Source: Betaproteobacteria bacterium (GTDB taxonomy: Bacteria > Pseudomonadota > Gammaproteobacteria > Burkholderiales > Ga0077523). Taken from it: a stretch of DNA of 64,000 nucleotides. This document shows positions 55,021 to 64,000 of the stretch, piece by piece (the first letter of the stretch is position 1; each line of letters begins with the position of its first letter). Below the pieces are notes generated by a model. The model saw nothing but the letters and a program-made list of their open reading frames with translations, made no database searches and was not told the DNA's origin. The stretch spans positions 109,237 to 173,236 of the forward strand of contig JBAXBV010000002.1 in assembly GCA_037141795.1 (NCBI GenBank). The letters run 5' to 3'. The position numbers and the translations under genes were made by a program.

Positions 55021-55192
55021 ACCGAGAAAGCTTATGTCCCCCCTGTGCCCCGCGGCAGACACTCGGGGCTTGGGCACGGTGGTCCGAAACAGCACCTCAT
55101 CGAGCGACGGGCCTCGCATGTCGCCTAAACACGCACCGTCGCCGGACCGGGCAAGCACTTCACCGGGAGCCATGCCATTGAATCGATCTCGC

Positions 55193-57802
55193 CTAGATGA
55201 CAACGTTGACCAATCTTCCGGGGACGATGACCACTTTCCGGGGAACCTTGCCGTCCGCGAAACGCTTGACTGCAGGGCTGTCCAGAGCGAGTCGTTCTAT
55301 CGTCTCGCGGGGCGTGTCTTTGGCAATCACCAGGTTGCCGCGGAGTTTTCCATTCACCTGAAGAACGAGTTCCAACTCGTCCCGCTTGAGGGCTGCAGAA
55401 TCGGGTTCCGGCCAGGGGCTGGAAAGCAGATCATCACCCATTCCGAGAGCGTCCCACAAGAAATGGCAGACATGGGGCGTAATCGGTGACTGCAGGCGCA
55501 ACAGGATGGAGAGACCCTCCTCCATGACCTGGGCGTGGAGAACCGGATCGTCCGAAGGCGCCCGCTCCAGCGCGTTCAGAATCTTCATGCAGGCCGACGC
55601 TACGGTGTTGAACTGGCAGCGCTGCATATCGAAATTGGCCTGCCGGAGATTCGAATGTACCTCTCGTCGGGCGTCTGCGAGTCCCGCCGGCAGCGGCACC
55701 ACCGCGAGTGAGCGGGGCTCGGCAAGCAGTGATCTTGATCCACCTTTGTATCGGTAAGCGAGCGCCCAGAGGCGCTTGATGAAGCGGAAGGAGCCCTCCA
55801 CCCCGGAATCCGACCATTCCAGAGTCTGCTCTGGCGGACTGGTGAACATCATGAAGAACCTTGCCGTGTCCGCGCCGTACTTTTCGATCAGCGCCTGGGG
55901 ATCCACGCCATTGTTCTTGGATTTCGACATGGTCCCGATGCCACCGGACTCAACCGGCAAGCCGTCGGCCCTGAGGAGGGCGTCACGAGACCCCTTGTCG
56001 TCAATCCGCACATCGACGTCGCCCGGATTGAAATACTGGATCCGGCCAGCACTACCCTTTCGGTAGAAGATCTCGTTCAGCACCATGCCCTGGGTAAGGA
56101 GATGGGTAAATGGCTCATCGAGGCGGAGTAGGCCCAACTCCCGCATCACCTTGGTCCAGAAACGAGAGTAGAGAAGATGCAGGATGGCGTGCTCGATCCC
56201 ACCGATATACTGATCCACCGGAAGCCAGTACGAGGCCCGCTCATCCACCATCGCGTCGTTGTTTCCAGGGCACGCGAAACGCAGGTAGTACCAGGACGAG
56301 TCCACGAAGGTATCCATGGTGTCCGTTTCGCGCCTCGCCTTACCCGCGCATCGGGGGCAGGCCACATCCAGAAAATCTGTCCTATTATTCAGAGGGTTAC
56401 CCGAACCATCCGGAACACAGTCTTCGGGAAGGACCACTGGCAACTGGTCATTCGGCACGGGAAGGGTGCCGCACACGTCGCAGTGGATCACCGGGATGGG
56501 CGTGCCCCAATAACGCTGCCGGGAAATGCCCCAGTCCCTGAGCCTCCAGGTGGTCTGCCTCTCGCCCAACCCCAACGCTGCCAGATCGTTCGCAATGGCA
56601 TCGACGGCGCCCGCGAACGCAAGACCGTCGTATGGCCCGGAATTGATGCACCGACCGCTCTTGTCGGCGTACCAGTCCTGCCAGGAATCCACGGAAAACG
56701 CGCGCCCTTCCACAGCCACCACCTGCCTGATGGGAAGACGGTATTTCTTCGCAAAGTGGAAGTCCCGTTCATCATGGCCGGGCACCGCCATCACCGCGCC
56801 CTCCCCGTAGCCCATCAGCACGTAATTGCCGACCCAGACCTCCACAGGTTCGCGGGTAAGGGGGTGCCTCACGTGAATGCCCGTCGGCATTCCCTCCTTC
56901 TCCATGGTGGCCAAATCGGCCTCCATGACAGACCCACGCTTGCAGGCTTCGATGAACTGCGCGAGGTCCGGGTTTCCAGCGGCAGCCCGGGCGGCAAGCG
57001 GATGCTCCGCCGCCACCGCGCAGAAGGTTACGCCCATGATGGTGTCAGGACGAGTGGTGAAAACCCAGAGTTTTTCCTCTCTTCCATCGATTTCGTAGGG
57101 AAAGGCAAAGCGGACACCCTGGCTCTTGCCTATCCAGTTCGCCTGCATCAGCTTGACGCGCTCCGGCCATCCGGACATCCCGTCGAGACTTCCAAGCAGT
57201 TCCTCGGCGAACGCAGTGATCCGCATGTAGTACATGGGTATCTCGCGTTTTTCCACGACCGCGCCCGTGCGCCAGCCTCGACCATCGATGACCTGTTCGT
57301 TTGCCAGGACGGTCTGATCGACCGGGTCCCAGTTCACAACGCCAGTCTTTTGATAGACGATCCCCTTTTCCAGCATCCTCAGGAACAACCACTGGTTCCA
57401 GCGATAGTAGTCGGGCCGGCAGGTGGCAAGTTCCCGATCCCAGTCAATCGCGAACCCGAGCGACTGGAGTTGCTTCTTCATGTAAGCGATGTTGTCGTAC
57501 GTCCACTTCGCAGGGGGTACCCCGTTGGCCATGGCAGCGTTTTCTGCTGGCAACCCGAACGCGTCCCAGCCCATGGGTTGAAGCACGTTGTATCCGCGCA
57601 TTCGATGGTAACGGGTCAGCACGTCACCGATCGTGTAGTTTCTAACGTGGCCCATGTGAAGCTTTCCCGACGGGTAGGGGAACATGGAAAGGCAGTAGTA
57701 CTTGGGCTTGGCCTCGTCTTCGACGGCTCTGAAGGCAGCGGACTCGATCCACGACTGTTGCGCGGAGCGCTCCACATTGGCTGGGTGATATTGGGAATCC
57801 AT
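55193..57802 (-). CDS. leuS: Leucine-tRNA ligase
   Basis: ORF 55193..57823. HIGH motif [15 protein letters not shown] and KMSKS motif GTMSKSKNN. Start probably at [11 protein letters not shown] (57802); the Met at 57823 is possible. Confidence 0.98.
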   Translation of the reverse strand: MDSQYHPANVERSAQQSWIESAAFRAVEDEAKPKYYCLSMFPYPSGKLHMGHVRNYTIGDVLTRYHRMRGYNVLQPMGWDAFGLPAENAAMANGVPPAKWTYDNIAYMKKQLQSLGFAIDWDRELATCRPDYYRWNQWLFLRMLEKGIVYQKTGVVNWDPVDQTVLANEQVIDGRGWRTGAVVEKREIPMYYMRITAFAEELLGSLDGMSGWPERVKLMQANWIGKSQGVRFAFPYEIDGREEKLWVFTTRPDTIMGVTFCAVAAEHPLAARAAAGNPDLAQFIEACKRGSVMEADLATMEKEGMPTGIHVRHPLTREPVEVWVGNYVLMGYGEGAVMAVPGHDERDFHFAKKYRLPIRQVVAVEGRAFSVDSWQDWYADKSGRCINSGPYDGLAFAGAVDAIANDLAALGLGERQTTWRLRDWGISRQRYWGTPIPVIHCDVCGTLPVPNDQLPVVLPEDCVPDGSGNPLNNRTDFLDVACPRCAGKARRETDTMDTFVDSSWYYLRFACPGNNDAMVDERASYWLPVDQYIGGIEHAILHLLYSRFWTKVMRELGLLRLDEPFTHLLTQGMVLNEIFYRKGSAGRIQYFNPGDVDVRIDDKGSRDALLRADGLPVESGGIGTMSKSKNNGVDPQALIEKYGADTARFFMMFTSPPEQTLEWSDSGVEGSFRFIKRLWALAYRYKGGSRSLLAEPRSLAVVPLPAGLADARREVHSNLRQANFDMQRCQFNTVASACMKILNALERAPSDDPVLHAQVMEEGLSILLRLQSPITPHVCHFLWDALGMGDDLLSSPWPEPDSAALKRDELELVLQVNGKLRGNLVIAKDTPRETIERLALDSPAVKRFADGKVPRKVVIVPGRLVNVVI

Positions 57803-57846
57803 GCTGGAAGGGGGAGACGGCATTGTCTCGCAGCGAAAAGCGAACG

Positions 57847-57852
57847 ATTATA
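57847..57852 (-). promoter_or_regulatory. Candidate -10 box (TATAAT) upstream of leuS
   Basis: The - strand reads TATAAT 24 to 45 nt upstream of the two candidate leuS starts. No clear -35. Motif match only. Confidence 0.25.
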
Positions 57853-57971
57853 GAGAAGGCGGCCGCGGCAGGCCGCAGGTATTTTCCCGACGACCCATCC
57901 GGCGAAGAACCATGGCAACTGTGGGCGTCACGGAGACCGGTCCAACTGACTTTTCTCGAGCAGGGATTCCA

Positions 57972-58850
57972 ATGCGCTTTCTGACAGGACTTGCCGGTCT
58001 GATTCTCCTTCTTCCAGCCTTCGGAACCGAGGCTGCCGCAGTTGTCACCGTTGAGGCGCTCGCGCCCCCCGCGTGGGTGATTCGTAACGGACAACCTGGT
58101 CCGGCCAGCGTTGGCTTGGAACTCGCGCCCGGCGAGATACTCAAGACAGGCGCCGGAGGGAGAGCGCGCTTGCGGTTGCCCGATGGCAGCACCTTCAAAC
58201 TGGGCGAAAACAGCCGGTTTTTCGTCGCGGATTCGACCGTTTCTACCGAGGCAGGGCGCCTTTTTCGTGCCACGCTCAGAGTGCTCACGGGAGCGTTCCG
58301 CTTCACGACACCTGCTCCCGCGACGGCCGACATCCCGCGGGATGTCACGATCCGACTTCCGACCCTGACGGCCGGCATTCGCGGCACTGACGTCTGGGGC
58401 AAGGCCCTTGACGGGCGGGAACGCATCGTTCTGATCGAGGGCAAGGTGGGTGTGCGCGCGGACTCTGGCGAGGAAGTTTCCATCGAAAGACGCCTCTCGA
58501 TGGTGGAGAAGAACCCAGGAGTTCCTCTGTCTGCTGCAACTCCGATGACGCCCACCGACCTGGAGACCTACGCCCTGGAAACCGAGATTACGAACGATTC
58601 CGCAGGGCAGGAGCGGGGTGGTCCCTGGAAGGTCACGGCATTGGCGACGCGCGCCCAGCGGGAGGCGCTAGCCGTCTATGACCGATTGCGGGCAGCCGGC
58701 TTCCATGCGGTGATAGAACCGACCGGACAGCGGAGCTCCGTCATCTACCGAGTCCGCCTCACTGGGGTGGCCTCCAGGCAGGGCGCGATCGCTCTCGCCG
58801 ATCGAATAAGGGGCTCGGTCGGCATGAATGGCGCGGCCGTGTCCAGGTAG
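57972..58850 (+). CDS. Secreted FecR-domain protein with C-terminal SPOR (peptidoglycan-binding) domain
   Basis: ORF 57801..58850 trimmed to MRFLTGLAGLILLLPAFGTEAAA (signal peptide). FecR-like segment GAGGRARLRLPDGSTFKLGENSRFFV. C-terminal SPOR-like beta-alpha-beta repeat WKVTALATRAQREALAVYDRLRAAGFHAVIEP...YRVRLTGVASRQGAIALADRI. Confidence 0.7.
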   Translation: MRFLTGLAGLILLLPAFGTEAAAVVTVEALAPPAWVIRNGQPGPASVGLELAPGEILKTGAGGRARLRLPDGSTFKLGENSRFFVADSTVSTEAGRLFRATLRVLTGAFRFTTPAPATADIPRDVTIRLPTLTAGIRGTDVWGKALDGRERIVLIEGKVGVRADSGEEVSIERRLSMVEKNPGVPLSAATPMTPTDLETYALETEITNDSAGQERGGPWKVTALATRAQREALAVYDRLRAAGFHAVIEPTGQRSSVIYRVRLTGVASRQGAIALADRIRGSVGMNGAAVSR

Positions 58851-58920
58851 CGCCGGTGTCGCGAACCTCCATGAGGGTGCGGTCGTTCCCGAGGCAGCTT
58901 TGCGATGGTGGACGATGCGT

Positions 58921-59697
58921 TCAGAAAAGGTCCCAGTTATAGTCGATCGTCAAGGGTGCATGATCGGAAAACCGCTGATCCTTGAAGATTTCGACCCGAC
59001 TTGCACAGGCGGCCACTTCCGGAGTGGCGAAGTGATAGTCCAAGCGCCACCCTACGTTCTTGGCCCAAGCTTGACCTCGATTCGACCACCAGGTGTACTG
59101 CTCGGACCGCGCATCCACTTTCCGGAACACGTCCACGAAGCCAAGGTTGTCGATGATTCCGCTCAACCACTCCCGCTCCTCCGGGAGGAACCCGGAGTTC
59201 TTCCGGTTCGCACGCCAGTTCTTCAGGTCGATCTCTCGATGGGCAATGTTCCAGTCACCGCATATCACCACCTGCCGACCGCTCTGTGAAAGGTCGCACA
59301 GGCGCGGAATAAACCGCTCCATGAATGAGAACTTGGCGGCCTGCCTCTCATCGGAACTTGAACCAGAGGGCAGATAAAGAGAGATCACCGACAATTCGCC
59401 GAAATCCGCCTGAAGGTAGCGCCCCTCTGCGTCGATATCCGCGATCCCGAGGCCCTCGATCACTCGGTCGGGCCTTCTCCGGCTGTAGAGACCAACCCCG
59501 CTGTACCCGCGCCGCTGTGAGGCATGAAAGATTCCGGTCATCCCGCCTGGAAAACGAATTGCCTCCACCAGATCGCCGATATCTGCCTTGAGTTCCTGCA
59601 CACATACCAGGTCCGCGTCCTGCTTGAGCATCCATTCGAAGAATCCCTTCCTTGCGGCGGACCGGATGCCGTTAACATTCAGTGTGATGACGCGCAA
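58921..59697 (-). CDS. xthA: Exodeoxyribonuclease III
   Basis: 258 aa, TTG start. (M)[20 protein letters not shown] and SDHAPL. Confidence 0.93.
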   Translation of the reverse strand: MRVITLNVNGIRSAARKGFFEWMLKQDADLVCVQELKADIGDLVEAIRFPGGMTGIFHASQRRGYSGVGLYSRRRPDRVIEGLGIADIDAEGRYLQADFGELSVISLYLPSGSSSDERQAAKFSFMERFIPRLCDLSQSGRQVVICGDWNIAHREIDLKNWRANRKNSGFLPEEREWLSGIIDNLGFVDVFRKVDARSEQYTWWSNRGQAWAKNVGWRLDYHFATPEVAACASRVEIFKDQRFSDHAPLTIDYNWDLF

Positions 59698-59709
59698 CGT
59701 GACAACCCC

Positions 59710-60372
59710 ATGAACTCACCAGAAACCTGTCGAAGGGACTTCGTTCAGTTTGCCATCTCCAAAGGCGTCCTGCTGTTCGGGGAGTTCAGGACCAAGGCGG
59801 GTCGCTTGTCTCCCTACTTCTTCAATGCCGGGCTTTTCAATGATGGCGAGAGCCTTCGCACCCTTGGACGATTCTACGCGATGACGCTTCAGGCGGCTGC
59901 CGGCGTTCCCTTCGACATGCTTTTCGGCCCAGCCTACAAGGGAATTCCTCTGGTCGCAGCCACGGCGGCCGCGCTGGCGGACGCCGGCCGCAACGTACCC
60001 TTTGCCTTCAACCGCAAGGAAGCCAAGGACCATGGCGAGGGCGGCGTCGTCGTAGGCGCCACGCTGAAGGGAAAAGTGATGATCGTGGATGACGTGATTT
60101 CGGCGGGAACCTCCGTCAGGGAATCCGTGAATATCATCCGTGATTCCGGTGCCGAACCGGCAGGGGTTTTGATTGCGCTGGATCGTCAGGAACGCGGACA
60201 GGGGTCCCTCTCAGCAGCGCAGGAGGTCGAAGACCTCTTCCAAGTACCCGTGCTGAGTATTGCCACCCTCGCCGACATCCAGTCCTACCTGTCCGGAAGG
60301 CCGGGGTTCGAAACCAGCGCCGCCGCTATCGAGTCCTATCGTCAACGCTTCGGAGTCTCCGCATGTCCATGA
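59710..60372 (+). CDS. pyrE: Orotate phosphoribosyltransferase
   Basis: ORF 59524..60372 trimmed to [43 protein letters not shown] motif [13 protein letters not shown]. Confidence 0.95.
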   Translation: MNSPETCRRDFVQFAISKGVLLFGEFRTKAGRLSPYFFNAGLFNDGESLRTLGRFYAMTLQAAAGVPFDMLFGPAYKGIPLVAATAAALADAGRNVPFAFNRKEAKDHGEGGVVVGATLKGKVMIVDDVISAGTSVRESVNIIRDSGAEPAGVLIALDRQERGQGSLSAAQEVEDLFQVPVLSIATLADIQSYLSGRPGFETSAAAIESYRQRFGVSACP

Positions 60373-60995
60373 AAACTTCACGCCTTGTGATATCTGTGAC
60401 GTTTCTTGCCATCATTGGATCAACCGAGCTGCTCGCCGCCAAGCTCTACAAGTGGGTAGACGACAAAGGGGTTACTCACTACTCGGAAACGATGCCCCCC
60501 GAACTCAAGGACCGCAAGTCAACGGAGATAGACAAGTGGGGACGCGTTCTGAAGCAGAATGAGGCCCCGCCAACTCCCGAGCAATTGCGTGCCCTGGAAG
60601 AAAAGAAGGAACGTCAGGCGCTCGAGACCAAGCAGGCTGCCGAACAGCGGCGACGTGACAACGCCCTGATGAACACCTACACGACGGAATCTGAAATCAA
60701 CGCCGCCAGGGCACGGGCCATCGCTGGAGCCACTCAGACCAGGGAAGCCATCGAGGTCCGCCAGAAGGTGCTTCGCGCCCGCACTGAGGACCTGCGCCGA
60801 AACCTGGAAGCCCTGCGCAAGGCAGGTAAGTCCGTGCCAGACTCCCTCAGGGATGAACTCGCGGCGAACGAAAAAGAGGAAGCCAGGATCGCTGGCGACA
60901 TCAAGACCAAGAACGACGAGATCGCACAAATCGCCGCCAAGTACGATCAGGACAAGCAGCGGTTCAGGGAACTCCAGTCGGCGGGGAGCCGCTGA
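60363..60995 (+). CDS. DUF4124-domain periplasmic coiled-coil protein
   Basis: 210 aa. Signal peptide, the [15 protein letters not shown] motif characteristic of DUF4124, then a charged coiled coil. GGAG RBS 7 nt upstream; overlaps the pyrE end. Confidence 0.75.
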   Translation: MSMKTSRLVISVTFLAIIGSTELLAAKLYKWVDDKGVTHYSETMPPELKDRKSTEIDKWGRVLKQNEAPPTPEQLRALEEKKERQALETKQAAEQRRRDNALMNTYTTESEINAARARAIAGATQTREAIEVRQKVLRARTEDLRRNLEALRKAGKSVPDSLRDELAANEKEEARIAGDIKTKNDEIAQIAAKYDQDKQRFRELQSAGSR

Positions 60996-60999
60996 GATG

Positions 61000-63459
61000 C
61001 TACGCGCGTGAACGCAGGGATAGTGCGCCACCGCACATGAGGACGACCAGCGCGGTCAGGCGTGGAGCATCCATCACGCTGTCGAATAGCCCGACGACCC
61101 CCAGACCTAGAAGAGCGGCCAGCCACGGGGGCGCCCATGGATGGGTCCGGCCCGGACCAATGGAAATCCACAACATGGCGGACAGCCCCATGAAAATGAT
61201 CGCCATGAGGCCGATCGCGCCCTGCTCGATCAGGAAATGCAGCCAGAGGTTCTTGGCGTGAAAAGGCAGGTGATGCCGATCAACGGAAAAGAACCACCAG
61301 GCGCCACCGTCCGAGAAGTCGGCATTCTTGAGGAGCGAACGACCGTGGGCATCGATCAACTGAACTGATGCGATCTCCGCCCGCCCGCCCACACTGGCGA
61401 GTCCAAGAAAGAAGACTGCCGTCCGGGCCACTCCAAGGGTGGTCTCCTCGCCCAGTCCCCTCGCGGGCAGAACCACATCATGGCGGGAACTGCCGGGTGG
61501 CGCCTCTATGTAGACTTCCGTGCACTCCGCGATGTAGAGGAGGTGTTTGCGACAAACCCCGAGGAACAGAGGTACTTTGCCACCCTGCGGTGCTTCGGCG
61601 GATACGATTTCAACTCCGGCAACCAATGGCGGTTCCAGGGCACCGCTGACCCTCTGGGAAACCTGAACGAGCGATCCAAGATCCGCAGGCCTGGAAGGGC
61701 CCGTCAGGGATAACACGGGCCGTCCTTCCCTCGAAAAGAAGCGGAACTCCCCTGAGTGCAGCCGACTGGTGGCCAAGCCGGCATAGGCTGCGGCGTAGCT
61801 CCCGGCGCCGAGGCCCAGAAGCCAGTCCCGCGGGCTTTCGATCAGCCCCAATCCATCTTGCCAGTGCTGACGTCGCCCGCCGAGGTCTGCGGACGCGCTG
61901 GAAAACCTCGTTTCCATGAAGAAACTGTGCCCCAGCACGGCCGCCACCCCCAGAACGGACAACCCCGCGAGCGCAACCGTGACAGAACCGGTATCGAGCC
62001 GCCACAGGGAGGGCTTGGCGACACGACACAGCACCAGTGGCACCATTGCCAGAAGAGCGGCGACAACCGCACTCCCCCGGGCCACCTCTCCACCCCAATG
62101 GGTGGCAACTGCGGGAACCAGCGCCACCGCCGCCCCCAGGGTCGAAGCCAACGCCCGTTGGAGTTGATTCTCGCGCCCGCCGCGCCACTGATGCAGGCAC
62201 CCGATCAACGCCAGCGCGCCCAGTATGGACAGGCCAAAGACCAGATAAGGCCCCTTGGGAGCGAATGCGGCAAGCCAGCCCAAGACCACCGCCACTGTCG
62301 CCCCGACGGCTGCATGTCCCGCCACCTGCACGGCCCCCATGGCACCCAGAAGCGGAGCCCCGCCGAACACCACTGCGGCCGAGGCGAGCAGCGCTGCAAG
62401 CCCCCGGTAGCCCGCCGTCTCGAAGACGAGAAACGCCGGGTAGGCGAGGCACAGGACCATCGCCATGACACCAAGAAATGGCCCAATTGCCGAAGGCCCT
62501 GTCGTCCCGGCGGAACTGGCTCGAGTGAGGGAAAAGATGGTTAGCAGGACGACTTCCAGCGCGACCGCCCCGTAAAGTCCCCGGGAAAACGAGACAGCCG
62601 CTGCATAAAATACGAGCCCGCAACAAAGTGCAAGAACCGCCAGCATCCAGGGATTGCGGTTCCGCAGGAGCCACCAGAGAGCGAATGGGCTGGTGAGTGC
62701 AAGCCACGCATCCAGTTGCGCCCCGCCGACATGCATCTCCCAAAAAGACGCGGTAACGCGATAGTCAGTCGCCATATCGGTCAGGGACGTAAAGGCCAAA
62801 CGCTCCCAGAGAGCCACCACTCCGACCAGAACGACCCCGGCCACCAGGCCGTTTCGCATCGCCAGAATCGCGGCATTTCCGGACATGAGGATGCAAGACC
62901 GCAGAAAGCAAACCAGCAGGATGCCGAGCAGCAAACCCTTGGAAAGGCGCGCGGCATTCAGCGGGCTTGCATAGCCGGAAAGGGCCGTCGCATCCCATGA
63001 AGTCGCGGACGCCAGAACATGCAGCGATGAAGCAAGGTAACTGAACACCAGCAGGACAAGCGAGAACACCAGCAAGCCGGAGGGTGGCAACCCGTTCCCC
63101 GCCGATGGCGGCATGGTCCGGACACCAAAACGGAGGAAGCCTCCGGCCACTGCACAAAGCACGACCAGATCAGACTCCGTGACATACAGCATGCCCGTCG
63201 ATGCGGTGAGATCCGCAACGGGCATGAGTGAAAGCGCTATCGTCAACCCTCCCAATGGCCTGATGGCAGACAGGGATGTGATGACGCCGCAGACCAAGGC
63301 CGGAACGACAAGGGAATACGGCTGAATGATCAGCCCGCATGTGGCGGCAGCCAGGCAGACAATCGCCAGCGAGACGCTCAGTGCTCTGCGGGAATTCGCG
63401 ACACCCGCTGGAAGCAGAGGGGACCCGCGGCGCGTTCCCCGGGACCCGTCTTCAATCAC
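61000..63459 (-). CDS. O-antigen-ligase (Wzy_C)-like polytopic membrane protein with large periplasmic insertion
   Basis: 819 aa with many TM helices. Wzy_C-like core ([20 protein letters not shown]), the post-loop motif [27 protein letters not shown], and the C-terminal H-x2-N motif [18 protein letters not shown]. The GTG start overlaps the gatB stop. The start codon is not certain. Confidence 0.7.
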   Translation of the reverse strand: MIEDGSRGTRRGSPLLPAGVANSRRALSVSLAIVCLAAATCGLIIQPYSLVVPALVCGVITSLSAIRPLGGLTIALSLMPVADLTASTGMLYVTESDLVVLCAVAGGFLRFGVRTMPPSAGNGLPPSGLLVFSLVLLVFSYLASSLHVLASATSWDATALSGYASPLNAARLSKGLLLGILLVCFLRSCILMSGNAAILAMRNGLVAGVVLVGVVALWERLAFTSLTDMATDYRVTASFWEMHVGGAQLDAWLALTSPFALWWLLRNRNPWMLAVLALCCGLVFYAAAVSFSRGLYGAVALEVVLLTIFSLTRASSAGTTGPSAIGPFLGVMAMVLCLAYPAFLVFETAGYRGLAALLASAAVVFGGAPLLGAMGAVQVAGHAAVGATVAVVLGWLAAFAPKGPYLVFGLSILGALALIGCLHQWRGGRENQLQRALASTLGAAVALVPAVATHWGGEVARGSAVVAALLAMVPLVLCRVAKPSLWRLDTGSVTVALAGLSVLGVAAVLGHSFFMETRFSSASADLGGRRQHWQDGLGLIESPRDWLLGLGAGSYAAAYAGLATSRLHSGEFRFFSREGRPVLSLTGPSRPADLGSLVQVSQRVSGALEPPLVAGVEIVSAEAPQGGKVPLFLGVCRKHLLYIAECTEVYIEAPPGSSRHDVVLPARGLGEETTLGVARTAVFFLGLASVGGRAEIASVQLIDAHGRSLLKNADFSDGGAWWFFSVDRHHLPFHAKNLWLHFLIEQGAIGLMAIIFMGLSAMLWISIGPGRTHPWAPPWLAALLGLGVVGLFDSVMDAPRLTALVVLMCGGALSLRSRA

Positions 63460-64000
63460 CCCAGTTTCTTTCGCAACAAATCACTGACTTGCTGGGGGTT
63501 CGCTTTTCCTTTCGTCGCCTTCATTGCCTGCCCGACCAGGGCATTGAAGGCCTTCTCCTTGCCAGAGCGGAATTCCTCGACGGATCTGGCGTTCTCGGAG
63601 AGCACGCGATCGACGATGCGCTCGAGTTCATCCGAGTCCGATATCTGCCTGAGTCCGCGCTGCTCGATGACACTGTCGGCACTGGCGTCACTGGACCACA
63701 TGGCATCGAACACCTCCCGGGCAAGCTTGCCGGACACGGTCCCGTCGGCAATTCTCGCGAGCAACCTCGCGAGGCGCGGTGCCGACACCGGCACCACGGC
63801 GAGATCGATCTGTTCCCGGTTGAGCCTGGCAGATACCTCACCCATCAACCAATTCGCACACAGCTTGGGCTCTGCAGGCAAGGCGACCACGAGAGCCTCG
63901 AAATAGTCGGCAAGCTCCCGGCTTGCAGTCACCGCACTCGCGTCATAGTCCGACAAACCGAGGTCATCGATGAAACGTTTCCGCTTGACCTGCGGCAACT
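63456..64000 (-). CDS. gatB: Asp/Glu-tRNA(Asn/Gln) amidotransferase subunit B, C-terminal part (5' end outside the window)
   Basis: About 180 aa matching the GatB C-terminal YqeY-like domain ([30 protein letters not shown]). The ORF runs off the window edge. Confidence 0.93.
   Translation of the reverse strand, partial: LPQVKRKRFIDDLGLSDYDASAVTASRELADYFEALVVALPAEPKLCANWLMGEVSARLNREQIDLAVVPVSAPRLARLLARIADGTVSGKLAREVFDAMWSSDASADSVIEQRGLRQISDSDELERIVDRVLSENARSVEEFRSGKEKAFNALVGQAMKATKGKANPQQVSDLLRKKLG

Noticed and set aside
56177-57853. 558-aa ORF on the + strand, antisense to leuS
   Set aside because: Same reasoning: it is fully nested in leuS (HIGH and KMSKS motifs are in the - frame), and the shadow product is low-complexity and Arg/Pro/Gly/His-rich.
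57972-58850. FecR-domain protein as part of a Fec-type ECF sigma / anti-sigma / TonB receptor signalling system
   Set aside because: No ECF sigma factor or TonB-dependent receptor gene is nearby. The protein also lacks the cytoplasmic anti-sigma domain and TM helix.
61610-62743. 377-aa alternative-frame ORF on the - strand inside the O-antigen-ligase-like gene
   Set aside because: The product is extremely Arg/Gly-rich and non-protein-like. The overlapping 819-aa frame encodes coherent TM helices and family motifs.

Overview
GC-rich (judged by eye, not computed) 64-kb stretch of a proteobacterial chromosome. It is almost entirely coding: about 56 protein genes, short spacers and many 1-4 nt start/stop overlaps. 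Gene content and order are classic core-genome synteny blocks shared by Betaproteobacteria and Pseudomonas-like Gammaproteobacteria; the taxon cannot be resolved without a database search. The blocks, in order: gltB-gltD; dgt-aroB-aroK-pilQPONM divergent from mrcA (PBP1A); a nucleotidyltransferase-like protein and a YcgR-like PilZ protein; hemB / engB / cytochrome c4; hemL-thiE; rubredoxin-gloA; rsmA-pdxA-surA-lptD divergent from amgK-murU-pepP-ubiH; dusB-fis-purH-purD-hemF; livFGMHK; cytochrome c551; a small thiolase / 3-hydroxyacyl-CoA dehydrogenase / HpcH-aldolase / flavoprotein cluster divergent from a GMC oxidoreductase; ampG-metW-metX-lptE-leuS; a FecR+SPOR protein; xthA / pyrE; a DUF4124 protein; and an 819-aa O-antigen-ligase-like membrane protein coupled to gatB, which is truncated at the window end. 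I found no rRNA, tRNA, CRISPR array, transposase, integrase, phage or recognisable defence genes, and no obvious compositional island. Many ORF-track entries are over-extended at the 5' end, because the DNA is stop-poor and the track renders GTG/TTG starts as M. I trimmed starts where a canonical N-terminus, a signal peptide or the upstream gene's stop made the true start clear. Bottom line: this looks like an ordinary housekeeping region, and I cannot point to a convincing novel multi-gene system. Four items most deserve a second look: (1) a 242-nt GC-rich intergenic element closed by an 18-bp inverted repeat between ubiH and dusB; (2) the double-length O-antigen-ligase-like protein with a large periplasmic insertion; (3) a secreted FecR+SPOR fusion; (4) two uncharacterised small proteins.
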